From Gammaproteobacteria bacterium (GTDB lineage Bacteria > Pseudomonadota > Gammaproteobacteria > Arenicellales > Poriferihabitantaceae), in NCBI GenBank assembly GCA_030432755.1, contig JAUILZ010000001.1, positions 203,388 to 267,387 of the forward strand: a stretch of 64,000 bases of DNA. The letters are read 5' to 3'. The position numbers and the translations under genes are program-made. Within the stretch, counting starts at the first letter, position 1; the number at the start of each line of letters is the position of its first letter. This document shows, piece after piece, positions 1-12,667 of the stretch. Below the pieces are notes generated by a model that saw only the letters and a list, made by a program, of their open reading frames with translations, ran no database searches and had not been told where the DNA came from.

Positions 1-195
1 CCTGCCGAGCTGGATTTCCGCGCGCCCGAAGTCGTATAGCGGCGCGGTATCAAAGGCGGTGATGCCTCGTGAAAATGCTTCCCTGAACAGCCGGATGCGC
101 TCTTCGTCCGTGCAGCGTTTCCGATCCATGGTCCCCAGGATCAGGGGACTCAAAACCAGATGACCCGACTTGTTCTGATGCGTGTCTGCGGACAT
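1..195 (-). CDS. Aldo/keto reductase family protein, N-terminal fragment (runs off window start)
   Basis: Reverse-strand reading MSADTHQNKSGHLVLSPLILGTMDRKRCTDEERIRLFREAFSRGITAFDTAPLYDFGRAEIQLG has the typical AKR 'G.TAFDTAPLYG' pattern. Confidence 0.75.
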   Translation of the reverse strand, partial: MSADTHQNKSGHLVLSPLILGTMDRKRCTDEERIRLFREAFSRGITAFDTAPLYDFGRAEIQLGR

Positions 196-196
196 A

Positions 197-1498
197 TCAA
201 ATAATGGCGTGCTCAGCGAATGGTTCGCCTCTGGCAATGCGACCATACCCCAGTGGCGACAGGTCCAGGCTGCGGTATTCCCCGTATGTGATCCATTCCG
301 CCAGGCCGCGGCCCATCGCCGGCGCCTGCTGCAGGCCGTGGCCCGAGAAACCGTTGGCGAAAAGGAGGTTGCTCACCGTGTCATGGGGGCCGACGATGGC
401 GTTCTGGTCGAGGGTGTTGTAGGCATAGTGTCCGACCCAGCTGTTCACCAGTTTCACCGCCTCGAACTGCGGGATGCGATGGGCGATCAGCGGCCAGGCT
501 TTCTCCTCCCAGAGCGAATCGTCAGGGGTGAAGTCGTCGTAGTCCACGGCGACGTCGTCGTCGGGTGGGCAGCCTGCCATGTAGTACTGGCCATCGGATC
601 GAACGTGGGGGCCGGCGGGGTCGATGGTCAGCGGTAGCACGCGATCGAGGGGCCGGGCGGCATCGAAGACGAAGGTATGCCGCTTGCGTGGCTCCACCGG
701 GATCTCGATCCCTGCCATGCGCGCGGTGAGCAGCGCGCGGGGGCCGCTGGCGTTGATCACGGTGTTGCAGCCGACCCTCTCGCCACTCGTCAGGGTGACG
801 CTTTCCACTCGCTCGCCGGTGGCATCGCGCGACATCGAAACAACCGCGTTAGCGACGTATTCCACCCCGCGTTCGCGCGCCAGTCGGCGCCACCAGTCGA
901 ACAGCGCAGCGCCCTCGAAGTAGCCCTCGTCAACCGGGTTATGGCTACCGGCAACGATGCCGTCCAGGTTGAGGAACGGGTACTCGCGCGCGAGCTCGTC
1001 GCGATCGAGTATCCGGGTGCCCGCGCCGCAGGCGACCTGCAGCTCCTGGCTCGCTCGCAGCGCGGCGGCGGAGGGTTCGTCCGAAGCGAGGTAGAGATAG
1101 CCGAAACTCTGTAGCGTGATCCGGGGAACGCGCGCATCGCCGCCAAGGTATTCGCGGAAGTTGCGGACGTAGTCGGCGGCGAAGCGTGAGATGCGGATGT
1201 TGAGTTCGGTGGAGAACTGCTGTCGGATACAGCTATTCGTATGCGTAGTGGAGCAGAGCGCGTACGTCGGGTCCCGTTCCACCACCAGCACGCGTCCGTC
1301 GAAGTCGGCGTTGTCCGCGAGGAACCAGGCCGCGGCCGTGCCGTGCATGGCGCCGCCGACGATGACCACGTCATAGTGCGCATGTTTCGGGGTGTCGTGC
1401 CAGCCGGGGACCATGGCGCGAGGGTATAGCGGATTGCGGTCGCGGTAAACGGTGAGCGAGTCCCTGGTTCGTTGGCGGGCGCCTTGCAATGCGGGCAC
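197..1498 (-). CDS. FAD-dependent oxidoreductase (DAO / glycine oxidase-sarcosine oxidase beta type)
   Basis: 433 aa ORF with N-terminal Rossmann 'YDVVIVGGAMHGTAAAWFLA', 'LVVERD' and C-terminal 'NLLFANGFSGHGLQQAPAMGRGLAE'. Confidence 0.85.
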   Translation of the reverse strand: MPALQGARQRTRDSLTVYRDRNPLYPRAMVPGWHDTPKHAHYDVVIVGGAMHGTAAAWFLADNADFDGRVLVVERDPTYALCSTTHTNSCIRQQFSTELNIRISRFAADYVRNFREYLGGDARVPRITLQSFGYLYLASDEPSAAALRASQELQVACGAGTRILDRDELAREYPFLNLDGIVAGSHNPVDEGYFEGAALFDWWRRLARERGVEYVANAVVSMSRDATGERVESVTLTSGERVGCNTVINASGPRALLTARMAGIEIPVEPRKRHTFVFDAARPLDRVLPLTIDPAGPHVRSDGQYYMAGCPPDDDVAVDYDDFTPDDSLWEEKAWPLIAHRIPQFEAVKLVNSWVGHYAYNTLDQNAIVGPHDTVSNLLFANGFSGHGLQQAPAMGRGLAEWITYGEYRSLDLSPLGYGRIARGEPFAEHAII

Positions 1499-1540
1499 GC
1501 CTGTTTGCTAGAATGAATTGCCCGTCCACGACCCGCCGCC

Positions 1541-2797
<1,257 letters not shown>

Positions 2798-2810
2798 GCC
2801 CGCTGATCCC

Positions 2811-4019
2811 GTGGCGCTGGAATCCCTGCTCAATGCCGAGGCGGTACGTGAACGCTGTCTTCGGATCGGCGCGGCAGTGGAATCGGGCGATGGCCGCTGG
2901 TTCCGCTACCGGCCGCAATGCCTGGCGTCGTGCGTCGAACGTGTGAGCACCGAGTGCCGCGCCAATTACCCGGATCTCGACATTCCCTTTCACAGCCGCT
3001 GGCGGCATTTCGTGGTGGACGGTGTCGACCTCTGGCAGCACTACCTGGAAGCTCGCCTGGTCGATGCGGACAGCGCAATCCTGGCGCGCAGCGCCATTGA
3101 CCTCGCCGTGCTGAGCGTGATCCTGGATGCCGGTGCTGGTGCCGACTGGCGCTACCGCGACCCGGTGACCGGCACGGTTCTCGCGCGTTCCGAGGGCCTC
3201 GCCGCGGCCACCGTGGACCTGTTCTTCAATTACCTCGGCCAGGACGACGGCGAGGGTGGGCTGGCGCTCACAGCGACCTCCCTGCTGCACGCCGATCAAT
3301 CAACCGTCGCTGAGGCGTTCCAGCACGATAGTGGTAACCAGCTCCTTGGACTCGCCGGACGCGTCGCCCTGTTACGCGGCCTTGGAAAACGGCTGCAAGA
3401 ACTGGCGCCCACCGGCATGACGCGCCCGGGCCATCTGTTCGACCGCCTTCAGGCCACTTCCCCGGCTGGAGAATTGCAAGCCGGTGCGGTACTCGAGGAG
3501 GTGCTTGCATGCTTCAACCCGATCTGGCCATCCGGACTGGAAGTGAATGGCACCGCGCTCGGCGACTGCGGCCGCCATGTATTGGTTGCCACGGACGACG
3601 ACACCAGTCAGCTGGTGCCGTTCCACAAGCTGTCCCAGTGGCTCAGCTATTCGTTACTGGAACCGCTGGCGGATGCAGGTCTGGATATTGTCGCCCACGA
3701 CCGGCTCACCGGCCTGCCGGAGTATCGCAACGGCGGACTCTTTCTCGACACCGGCGTGATCCTGCCCCACGATCCGGACCTGCTCATACAGACCCTGGCG
3801 CTCGATCACGAGGCGGTGGTGGAATGGCGTGCGCTTACGGTCTGGCTGCTCGACCGCGTTGCCGCGGGCGTGCGCGAGAACCTCGGCCGCAGCGAGACCG
3901 AACTGCCCCTCGCCAGCGTCCTCCAGGGCGGCACCTGGAGCGCGGGACGCAAGCTCGCGCAGGAAAAGCGCGGCGGCGAACCGCCCATCCACCTCGCCAT
4001 CGACGGCACGGTGTTCTAG
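2811..4019 (+). CDS. DUF1688 / URC4-Urg3 family protein
   Basis: 402 aa; 'NAEAVRERCLRI...GDGRWFRYRP..L...VERV......YPDLDIPFHSRWRHF' pattern of the URC4/urg3 family; 13 bp downstream of the URC1-like ORF. Confidence 0.8.
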   Translation: MALESLLNAEAVRERCLRIGAAVESGDGRWFRYRPQCLASCVERVSTECRANYPDLDIPFHSRWRHFVVDGVDLWQHYLEARLVDADSAILARSAIDLAVLSVILDAGAGADWRYRDPVTGTVLARSEGLAAATVDLFFNYLGQDDGEGGLALTATSLLHADQSTVAEAFQHDSGNQLLGLAGRVALLRGLGKRLQELAPTGMTRPGHLFDRLQATSPAGELQAGAVLEEVLACFNPIWPSGLEVNGTALGDCGRHVLVATDDDTSQLVPFHKLSQWLSYSLLEPLADAGLDIVAHDRLTGLPEYRNGGLFLDTGVILPHDPDLLIQTLALDHEAVVEWRALTVWLLDRVAAGVRENLGRSETELPLASVLQGGTWSAGRKLAQEKRGGEPPIHLAIDGTVF

Positions 4020-4038
4020 CAGTTCTCTAGGATCGCAA

Positions 4039-5529
4039 TCAGGCTGGCGTCGCCCGATCCATCGACCACGAGCGGAGCTGGTTGAACTGCTCCTTCATGG
4101 TGCGTGACAGTGGCACGATGCTGGAGGACTTGAGCGAGATATCCTGTTGGGTGAATGGCCGGCCGGCATTGAAGGCCTCGATGCGCGCGGCCTTCACAAC
4201 CTGCTCGATCTCCGCGCCGGACCAGCCCTTGGTGAGCAGGGTGAGCACGCCAAAGTCGAACTTCTTCGCCTCGCCGCCCGCGGCGGCGATATGGATACGG
4301 AAGATCTCCTCGCGCGCGCGTTCATCGGGCAGGTCGATGAAGAATACCTGGTCGAAGCGACCCTTGCGGATCATCTCCGCTGGGAGCTTGTTGATGCGGT
4401 TGGCGGTGGCGGCGACGAACAGGCCCGGGGGCTTTTCCTGCATCCAGGTGAGGAAGCTCGAGAACACGTTGACGTTGCGACCGGCGGCCTTGTCATCGTC
4501 GTAGCCGAAGCTGTTCTCCATCTCGTCGATCCAGAGCACTACCGGCGAGATGCTTTCGGCGATGCGGGTCGCGCGGTCGAAGGCGTATTCCGGCGGGCCG
4601 TATACACCGGACAGCACGAGGTTCATGTCGAGGCGCACCAGCTGCAGGTCCCAGGCCGAGGCGATGGTCTTGGCGGCGAGGCTCTTGCCACAGCCGCTGA
4701 TGCCCATGAAAAGCACCCCCGTGGGCAGCGGCACACCCTGGTCCTGGGCCTCCTTGCCCAGCAGGCGCTTGCGTGAGCTTACCCATTCCTTGAGCCGGTA
4801 CAGGCCGCCGATGGAATCGATGTCGAAGCGGTTCGGTATCACGCGCAGGCAGCTTTCCTTGAGCAGCATCTGCGCCTTTTCCTCGTAGCTTTCCTCGAGC
4901 GCGTGATTCAGGTCGAAATCACCCCGCGTGCGCAGTCGCTGGAAGAGGTGGCGGATCTCGCTCATGGACAGTCCGCGCAAGCTCTGGGTGAAGCGCCGCA
5001 GCCAGCGGCTGTCGACGCGGATCTCGCCGCCCGAGGCATTGATGACGCCGGCAAGGTAGTTGTATACCTCGCGGTCCGTGGGCAGACCAAGCTCGGTGAC
5101 GAAAAGCTCCTTCTTCAGCTCCTCCGGTACCTTGGGCTCGGGATAGGAGAAGAACACCATCAGGTCGCGGCCGCTGGCCTGGTAATAGAAGTCCCGTAGC
5201 GAGCGGATCAGCAGGGGATTGCCCTCGAACTGGGACGGCAGGTCCTTCATCAGGAAGAAGCCGCTCTCGCCGCGCCCGAGAATCCAGGTCAGCGCGGCGA
5301 CCGGGTCCCGCAGGGCGGGATCGCCCGCGCCTTCCATGTCGAAACCCGCGGCGGTGGTCCAGCTATGGAAATGACGGTCGTCGCCGAAATGCGCCTTGGC
5401 GGCTTCAGCGATATATCCGGCGATCCGCTCCTCCTCGGCGCCGATGGTGAACACCAGCGGATAGCGCGAATCCACCGCCTTCTGGATATCGTCGGCAAAC
5501 TTTACCGGTTTGCCACTAGCCTGCGCCAT
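4039..5529 (-). CDS. AAA family ATPase (Ycf46-like)
   Basis: 496 aa; Walker A 'LFMGISGCGKSLAAKTIA', Walker B 'VVLWIDEMEN', 'VAATANRINKLPAEMIRKGRFDQVFFIDLP'. Confidence 0.85.
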   Translation of the reverse strand: MAQASGKPVKFADDIQKAVDSRYPLVFTIGAEEERIAGYIAEAAKAHFGDDRHFHSWTTAAGFDMEGAGDPALRDPVAALTWILGRGESGFFLMKDLPSQFEGNPLLIRSLRDFYYQASGRDLMVFFSYPEPKVPEELKKELFVTELGLPTDREVYNYLAGVINASGGEIRVDSRWLRRFTQSLRGLSMSEIRHLFQRLRTRGDFDLNHALEESYEEKAQMLLKESCLRVIPNRFDIDSIGGLYRLKEWVSSRKRLLGKEAQDQGVPLPTGVLFMGISGCGKSLAAKTIASAWDLQLVRLDMNLVLSGVYGPPEYAFDRATRIAESISPVVLWIDEMENSFGYDDDKAAGRNVNVFSSFLTWMQEKPPGLFVAATANRINKLPAEMIRKGRFDQVFFIDLPDERAREEIFRIHIAAAGGEAKKFDFGVLTLLTKGWSGAEIEQVVKAARIEAFNAGRPFTQQDISLKSSSIVPLSRTMKEQFNQLRSWSMDRATPA

Positions 5530-5621
5530 GCCCGCCCCTTCCTGTTCTATTTGTCATAAGGCTATTGTGACACGAATCATGTTTTCCGAACCTCGATCAC
5601 TGCACTAGCGTGGAAACGGAT

Positions 5622-6065
5622 TCAGGCGCGCTCATCCTTGGCCGAATCCATGACGATATAGGAGGTGACTCCGCGCACCTTGGGCAGGGCACCGAGTACA
5701 TCGGTATGGAATCGCTTGTAGGCCGGGAGGTCGGCCACCTCGACGCGCAGCAGGTATTCCACCGACCCCGTGATCTGGTGGCATTCCTTGACCTGGCGCG
5801 CGGCGCTGACGCCCTTCTCGAATGCCTCCAGGCTGGCGCGCGCGTGATCCGCCAGGGAGATTGCCACGTAGACGATGAACCCTTCGTCCACCTGGTCGCG
5901 GTCGATCACCGCGCGATAGCCGCGAATCACGCCCTGGCGTTCGAGTTCCTGCACCCGCCGCAGGCAGGCCGACACGGAAAGCCCGACGCGTGACGCAAGC
6001 TCCGTGTTGCTGATACGACCATCGTTGCGAAGGACCTGGAGAATCTTCTGGTTTGTTCTGTCCAT
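5622..6065 (-). CDS. Lrp/AsnC family transcriptional regulator
   Basis: MDRTNQKILQVLRNDGRISNTELASRVGLSVSACLRRVQELERQGVIRGYRAVIDRDQV; start trimmed from the longer track ORF. Confidence 0.92.
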   Translation of the reverse strand: MDRTNQKILQVLRNDGRISNTELASRVGLSVSACLRRVQELERQGVIRGYRAVIDRDQVDEGFIVYVAISLADHARASLEAFEKGVSAARQVKECHQITGSVEYLLRVEVADLPAYKRFHTDVLGALPKVRGVTSYIVMDSAKDERA

Positions 6066-6146
6066 GCGCAATATTATTGCGCAGAGTGTCGGTATTAACA
6101 AATAATTTGCAAAATTATTGCGCTGAAACGGGCGTATCTTTGTGCC

Positions 6147-6749
6147 ATGGAACAGGAAGTACTTGTCGCACTCGTGGCCTTCGCCTTCGTGTCCTCGGTA
6201 ACGCCGGGGCCGAACAATCTCATGCTCATGGCCTCCGGCACCAACTTCGGCATCGCGCGCACGGTGCCCCACATGCTCGGGGTGGGCATCGGCTTCAGTG
6301 TCATGGTGGCGCTGGTGGGCGCGGGACTGATGCAGGTTTTCGATGCCTGGCCGGTCAGCCACACCATCCTGCGCGTGGTCAGCGTGTTTTACCTCGGCTG
6401 GCTGGCGTGGAAGGTCGCCACCGCCAGGCCGCCCGAGGGCGCCGATGCAGCCAACCAGGGCAAACCGTTCACCTTCCTCCAGGCGGCGGCATTCCAGTGG
6501 GTCAACCCCAAGGCATGGGCGATGGCCCTGACCGCCATCAGCGCCTACACCCCGGAACACCACCCCATTGGCAGCGTGCTCGTCGTCGCCCTGGCGTTCG
6601 GCATCGTGAACATTCCCAGCATCAGTATCTGGGTGGTGATCGGCAGCCAGCTGCGCCGCCTGCTGCGTGACCCGCTAAGATTGCGCCTGTTCAACTGGGC
6701 GATGGCGGTCCTGCTGCTGGGATCGCTCTACCCGGTACTCTTTAACTGA
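6147..6749 (+). CDS. LysE family translocator
   Basis: 200 aa; 'VTPGPNNLMLMASGTNFGIARTVPHMLGVGIGF' LysE/RhtB signature; divergent from the Lrp gene, as is typical. Confidence 0.9.
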   Translation: MEQEVLVALVAFAFVSSVTPGPNNLMLMASGTNFGIARTVPHMLGVGIGFSVMVALVGAGLMQVFDAWPVSHTILRVVSVFYLGWLAWKVATARPPEGADAANQGKPFTFLQAAAFQWVNPKAWAMALTAISAYTPEHHPIGSVLVVALAFGIVNIPSISIWVVIGSQLRRLLRDPLRLRLFNWAMAVLLLGSLYPVLFN

Positions 6750-6765
6750 CCAGGAGGGTGACCGG

Positions 6766-7458
6766 ATGCGGGAAAAAGTGGTGGTGTTCACCGGCGCCGG
6801 GGTGAGCGCGGAAAGTGGCCTCGGCACGTTTCGTGACGCCGGTGGCCTGTGGCACGAACACTCGGTATACGACGTCGCCACCCCTGAGGCTTTCGCCCGG
6901 AATCCCGAACTCGTGCTTTCCTTCTATAACGAGCGTCGCAGCAAGGCGGCCGCCGCCGAGCCGAACGCTGGTCATCGCGCCATCGCCGAACTTGAGCAGG
7001 GTTTCGATGTGGTGGTGGTGACCCAGAACGTGGACGACCTGCATGAACGCGCCGGGTCTTCGCGCGTCATCCACCTGCATGGCAAGCTGCGCGAGGCCCG
7101 CGGCAGCGATCATCCCGAAGCGGTGCGGGACATCGGCGCCGAACCGATCAACCTCGGTGATCTGTGTGAGCGTGGTAGCCAGCTCCGTCCCAACGTGGTC
7201 TGGTTCGGCGAGGAGATTCACCACGTGGATGCCGCGGTGCGGGAGATCCGCGCCGCCGACCGGTTGCTCGTGGTCGGCACCTCGCTGTCGGTCTATCCCG
7301 CCGCAGGACTGCTCGGCGACGCCTGGAACGCGCGCGAGAAGGTGATCGTCACCCTGGATCTCGACGACCCACCACGCGGTTACGAGTGGCGTCGGGGCAA
7401 GTCAGCGGAATTGCTGCCGGGGCTGGTGGCAGAGTGGCTCGCCTTTCCACCGGGTTGA
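6766..7458 (+). CDS. cobB: NAD-dependent protein deacylase, Sir2 family
   Basis: 230 aa; 'VVFTGAGVSAESGLGTFRDAGGLW', 'VVTQNVDDLHERAG', 'HLHGKL', 'RPNVVWFGE'. Confidence 0.88.
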   Translation: MREKVVVFTGAGVSAESGLGTFRDAGGLWHEHSVYDVATPEAFARNPELVLSFYNERRSKAAAAEPNAGHRAIAELEQGFDVVVVTQNVDDLHERAGSSRVIHLHGKLREARGSDHPEAVRDIGAEPINLGDLCERGSQLRPNVVWFGEEIHHVDAAVREIRAADRLLVVGTSLSVYPAAGLLGDAWNAREKVIVTLDLDDPPRGYEWRRGKSAELLPGLVAEWLAFPPG

Positions 7459-7479
7459 TTCACCCGGGCACCCTGCGGT

Positions 7480-8820
<1,341 letters not shown>

Positions 8821-8942
8821 TCAGTATCAGCTTCGAATGCGGTCAGCCGAAGGCGATGCGCTGCCGTCGGGCCGGACGCGAGCCCCGCCGTGATCAGGCC
8901 GGAGAAAAGGATAGGCCGTGATTTCACGGCTGTGCTTCCGGT

Positions 8943-10175
8943 TCAGAGTTTCTCCGCCACTCGCGTCCTCGTGGGATTGACCTTCGCGCGGAAGTCATCG
9001 CCGACGAGGCTGCCACCGCAGACCCCGTCGTGGTCGTCCAGGTCGAGCACGGGGTCGAGGCCCGTGGGGTCGCCGTAGTAATGACCATCGGGACGCAGCG
9101 TGGTGCCGCTGTTGTTTTCGATCCCGCAGCCTGCGCCACTGGCGAAGCTGTTGTTGCGGCGGAACGTCTCGACGTCGGTGGTCGGGGTCAGGGTGAAACC
9201 GATGTCGTTGCTGACCGCGGTATTGCTGTCCACCCGCGCGGCGACCAGGTCGTCGAGGAAAAAGCCGCTGAAATCGTTGAACACCGCCAGGTTGTGGCGG
9301 ATCACCGGCGCCTGGAAAGTGTCCACTTGGTCGAAGTCGAAGCCGTAATTGTGATTCAGCAGGGCGACGTTGCCCTGGCTGTTGCTGCCGTCGGCGTCCA
9401 GCAGGGTGAAGCCGTTGTCGTCGTTGAACTCGCTGACGTTGTCCTTGAGGCGCGCGAACTCGCTGTTGTTGTCCAGCAGGAAGCCGGCGCTGGAGTTGTA
9501 GGCGGACACGTTGCGCTGGAACACCAGTCGGTCGCTGTTGGCGATTTCGTACCCGTCGCTGCCATTGTCACGCGCCAGGTTGTCGCGGAAGATGCCGTCG
9601 TCACAGTGCTCGCAGCCGATGCCGACGTTGTCGTTGAGCTCGGCGACGTTATAACGCGCCTGGACGCGCTCGCCGGACAGGTAGATGCCCCAGAAGCTGA
9701 GAATGGCACGGTTGCCTTCCACCCGTATTTTCTCGGTGCCCGCCACGGTGACCACGATCGCACCGTAGCCCGCGCTGTCCGCGCCGCCCACGGTGAATCC
9801 CTTGCCTCGTTTGCCGATGCGCACCCTGGATTGGCGGATGTCGATGCCGTGGGTGTTTACCAGGGTGGTGCGGATCACCGTGGCATGCATCCCGTTCGTG
9901 GACTCGAGCTTGAGCCCCTCGAGGTCCTGTCCGCCGGCGTTCTGGTGGATGACGACGTTCTCCTCGTAGTATCCCGGGCCGACCAGTACGCGGTCATTGG
10001 GACCGGAGCGTTGGGTGATGGCATACTGGATGCTGGCGCAGGGGGAGGGCTTGCTGCCGCAGTCGGGCGTGTCCTCGCCCCATTTATCCACCCGGACGGT
10101 GGCGCCGTGGACGATGCCGCTCCCGGCGATGGCCGCGAGCAGCGCGATGCTGTTGATGATGGTCCTGGTTGCCAT
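8943..10175 (-). CDS. Secreted right-handed beta-helix repeat protein (paralog 1)
   Basis: 410 aa; signal peptide, 'VRVDKWGEDTPDCGSKPSPCASIQYAI...RVLVGPGYY', then repeated 'N..N..G..L' beta-helix coils. Confidence 0.75.
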   Translation of the reverse strand: MATRTIINSIALLAAIAGSGIVHGATVRVDKWGEDTPDCGSKPSPCASIQYAITQRSGPNDRVLVGPGYYEENVVIHQNAGGQDLEGLKLESTNGMHATVIRTTLVNTHGIDIRQSRVRIGKRGKGFTVGGADSAGYGAIVVTVAGTEKIRVEGNRAILSFWGIYLSGERVQARYNVAELNDNVGIGCEHCDDGIFRDNLARDNGSDGYEIANSDRLVFQRNVSAYNSSAGFLLDNNSEFARLKDNVSEFNDDNGFTLLDADGSNSQGNVALLNHNYGFDFDQVDTFQAPVIRHNLAVFNDFSGFFLDDLVAARVDSNTAVSNDIGFTLTPTTDVETFRRNNSFASGAGCGIENNSGTTLRPDGHYYGDPTGLDPVLDLDDHDGVCGGSLVGDDFRAKVNPTRTRVAEKL

Positions 10176-10390
10176 GGAATGCTCCTGTCATGTCTGGTGG
10201 ATGTCGACGGTGACTCCGGGTTGGCGGATCGCCGCTGGCACGAACCGTGCCTCTGACACGTGGTCGGCGGGAAATTCGTTCCGGTTCAAGGGAAACGCCC
10301 GGTAATTCGTCACAATCCGGTGACATGCCCGTGGCGCGGGATACCGTGCCGCGGGCGCCGGGCCCTGGAGAGGGCCTGACAATCGGTGAA

Positions 10391-11644
10391 TCAGAGGCGC
10401 GAGGCGCGCTTCGCCTGGAAATTGTGGACACGCGTGGCGTGGCTCCCAGCCGACGGGTCCGGCCCGCACAGCGCATCGTGTCCGTCGAGGTCGACGGCGC
10501 CATCGGGACCGCTGGCGGCGCCGAAATAGTGCCTGTCGTATTCGAGCAGGATGCCCGACGCGTTGATGACGCCGCAGCCGGACTGGTTGGCGAAGGTGTC
10601 GTTGCGGCTGAACGTTTCCATGCCAGCCCCGGGCACCAGGCCCGCGCCGACGGCATTGCCCGTCATGGTGTTGGCCTCGAATCGTCCGCCGGAGAACCCA
10701 TCCAGGACGAAACCCACGGTGCCGTTGGCGACCGCGGCGTTGCCACGCATCACCGCGGTCTCGTTGAAGCTGGCCTGCAGGAGGTTGAAGCCGTTACTGA
10801 TGTTGGAGAAGGCGATATTTCGCTGGAGCACGTTGCCGCCCATGTCGTGGATCTCGAAGCCGTTGTCCGTGTTGAACTCGGCCACGTTGTCCTGAAATCG
10901 CGAGCGTTCGTCGATACCGCTGATGAGAAAGCCGCTGGTGGTGTTGTGCGCCGAGACATTGCGTTGAATTACGGACTTTTCAGACCCGACTACCACGATG
11001 CCGTAATCGCCGTTGCGTGCAACATTATCGCGGATCACCGCGGAGATACAGGATTCGCAGGCGATACCCGCGGTGTCGATCCCCTCCGATACGTTATAGC
11101 GAATGACCGGTCGCTCGCCGCGTACCATGATCCCGCGATCACTGCGGAGTACGCGATTGCCTTCCACGCGCACATTGGGTTGTCCGGGCAATTCGACCTC
11201 GATAGCGGAGTAGCCTGGCGAGGTAGCGCCCTCCACGGTGAATCCACGTCCCTTGCGGCCGACACGCACGCCGGGTGCGGCAACCAGGACGCCGTGCTGG
11301 TTTGCAGCGGTGATATTGATCAGCGTGGCATGCATGCCAGCAGTGGATTCGAGGCGTAGCGCGGCAAGCAGTTCGCCACCGGCGTTGGTCTCGATGGTCA
11401 CGGCTTCCTCGTACCGTCCAGGACCCACCAGTACACGGTCTCGCGCACCCGCGCGCTGATCCAGTGCGTACTGGATGGTTTCGCACGGCGTATTACGGCT
11501 GCCACAGTCGGCAGTGTCTTCTCCCCATTTTTCCACCCGCAGCGTTGCGGCATGAGCGCCCTGCAGGGCTGCCAATACGGTCAGAATCGCCGCGGCGAAC
11601 TTGCGTTGGTTATTCACGGTTGTCTCCTTCGTTCCGGTTTGCAT
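10391..11644 (-). CDS. Secreted right-handed beta-helix repeat protein (paralog 2)
   Basis: 417 aa; same architecture as paralog 1: 'LRVEKWGEDTADCGSRNTPCETIQYAL...RVLVGPGRY...VRVGRKGRGFTVEGATSPGY'; true start may be about 27 bp downstream of the listed start. Confidence 0.75.
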   Translation of the reverse strand: MQTGTKETTVNNQRKFAAAILTVLAALQGAHAATLRVEKWGEDTADCGSRNTPCETIQYALDQRAGARDRVLVGPGRYEEAVTIETNAGGELLAALRLESTAGMHATLINITAANQHGVLVAAPGVRVGRKGRGFTVEGATSPGYSAIEVELPGQPNVRVEGNRVLRSDRGIMVRGERPVIRYNVSEGIDTAGIACESCISAVIRDNVARNGDYGIVVVGSEKSVIQRNVSAHNTTSGFLISGIDERSRFQDNVAEFNTDNGFEIHDMGGNVLQRNIAFSNISNGFNLLQASFNETAVMRGNAAVANGTVGFVLDGFSGGRFEANTMTGNAVGAGLVPGAGMETFSRNDTFANQSGCGVINASGILLEYDRHYFGAASGPDGAVDLDGHDALCGPDPSAGSHATRVHNFQAKRASRL

Positions 11645-11747
11645 TTGGCGCGCGCACGGGTGACGCGGCGCGCCCGAATGACCGGTGGTCGGAGGGGTGA
11701 GGAAAACGGTTCAATCCGATGCGAAGGGTTCCCTCGTGACGACTATG

Positions 11748-12632
11748 TCAGTTTCGCGGTGCAGGCGCGCGCAACGAAGTCCAGACCCCGCCAAGCACGA
11801 GCGCTACCGCCAGGAAAAACCCCCCGCCCATGTGCTCGTCGAGCAGCCATGCGGCGAGGATCACCCCGGATACCGGTTGCAGGAACTGCATCGTGCCGAG
11901 CCGCGCGATGCCGCCCCTGCCCAGCGCCCAGTACCACAGCACATAGCCACCGATGGTGACCGCGAGGGCCTGGTAGAGGAGCGCGGTCCATGCACGCGTG
12001 GATACCGCGAGCACACTCGCGTCGGGTATGAGCACCGGCGCTAGCGGCAATAGCAGGAGGGCGGTGAGACCGGCGCCCCAGAAGGTGCAGGAACTGGCGG
12101 GATAACCACGTTGCTGCAGCCTGGCCCCGGCGACGTAGCCGAGGGACGCGAACAGGTTTCCTGCCAGCACGAGCAGATCGCCCTCGAGGCTGCTCACGGC
12201 GCCGCCGCTGCCCCCGCGGCCAAGGATCAGCAGGGCCTCGCCGGTCATCGTCACGACGACTCCAAGCCACCAGGCGCGATGGGGCCAGGTCCGGTCCCAG
12301 GTATTGGCGATGGCCGCGGTGAATATCGGTAACGCGGCGAGAATGATGGAGGCGTGGTTTGCCGATGTGCGCGCCAGACCGAGGGAGAACAGCAGTGGAA
12401 AGCCGATGAATCCACAGGCCGCCGAGATCGCCAGCAGGCGGCGCTGCTCGCGGTTGCCGGGCAGGGGAAATCGGAGCAGCAGCGCGAGACCGAGCGCAGC
12501 AAGGCCACCGATCAGGGTGCGCAGCAGCGCGACGACGACGGCGTCGATTTCCATCACCGCGATTCGGGTAGCCACCGGCGAGGCACCCCAGAGGACGACC
12601 GCGAGCAGCGCGGCGAGGTAGATCGGCAGCAT
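11748..12632 (-). CDS. EamA/DMT family transporter
   Basis: 294 aa, about 10 hydrophobic segments, 'LFWGASPVATRIA', 'FLQPVSGVILAAWLLDE'. Confidence 0.88.
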   Translation of the reverse strand: MLPIYLAALLAVVLWGASPVATRIAVMEIDAVVVALLRTLIGGLAALGLALLLRFPLPGNREQRRLLAISAACGFIGFPLLFSLGLARTSANHASIILAALPIFTAAIANTWDRTWPHRAWWLGVVVTMTGEALLILGRGGSGGAVSSLEGDLLVLAGNLFASLGYVAGARLQQRGYPASSCTFWGAGLTALLLLPLAPVLIPDASVLAVSTRAWTALLYQALAVTIGGYVLWYWALGRGGIARLGTMQFLQPVSGVILAAWLLDEHMGGGFFLAVALVLGGVWTSLRAPAPRN

Positions 12633-12667
12633 GGGTCGCTACTGTCGGCGGCTGCCTGTGAAGTGGC

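Noticed and set aside
9100-10100. Regular repeated sequence in beta-helix genes as possible tandem repeat or CRISPR-like array
   Set aside because: Repetition is at protein-coil level only (N..N..G periodicity); no constant DNA repeat with unique spacers was seen.
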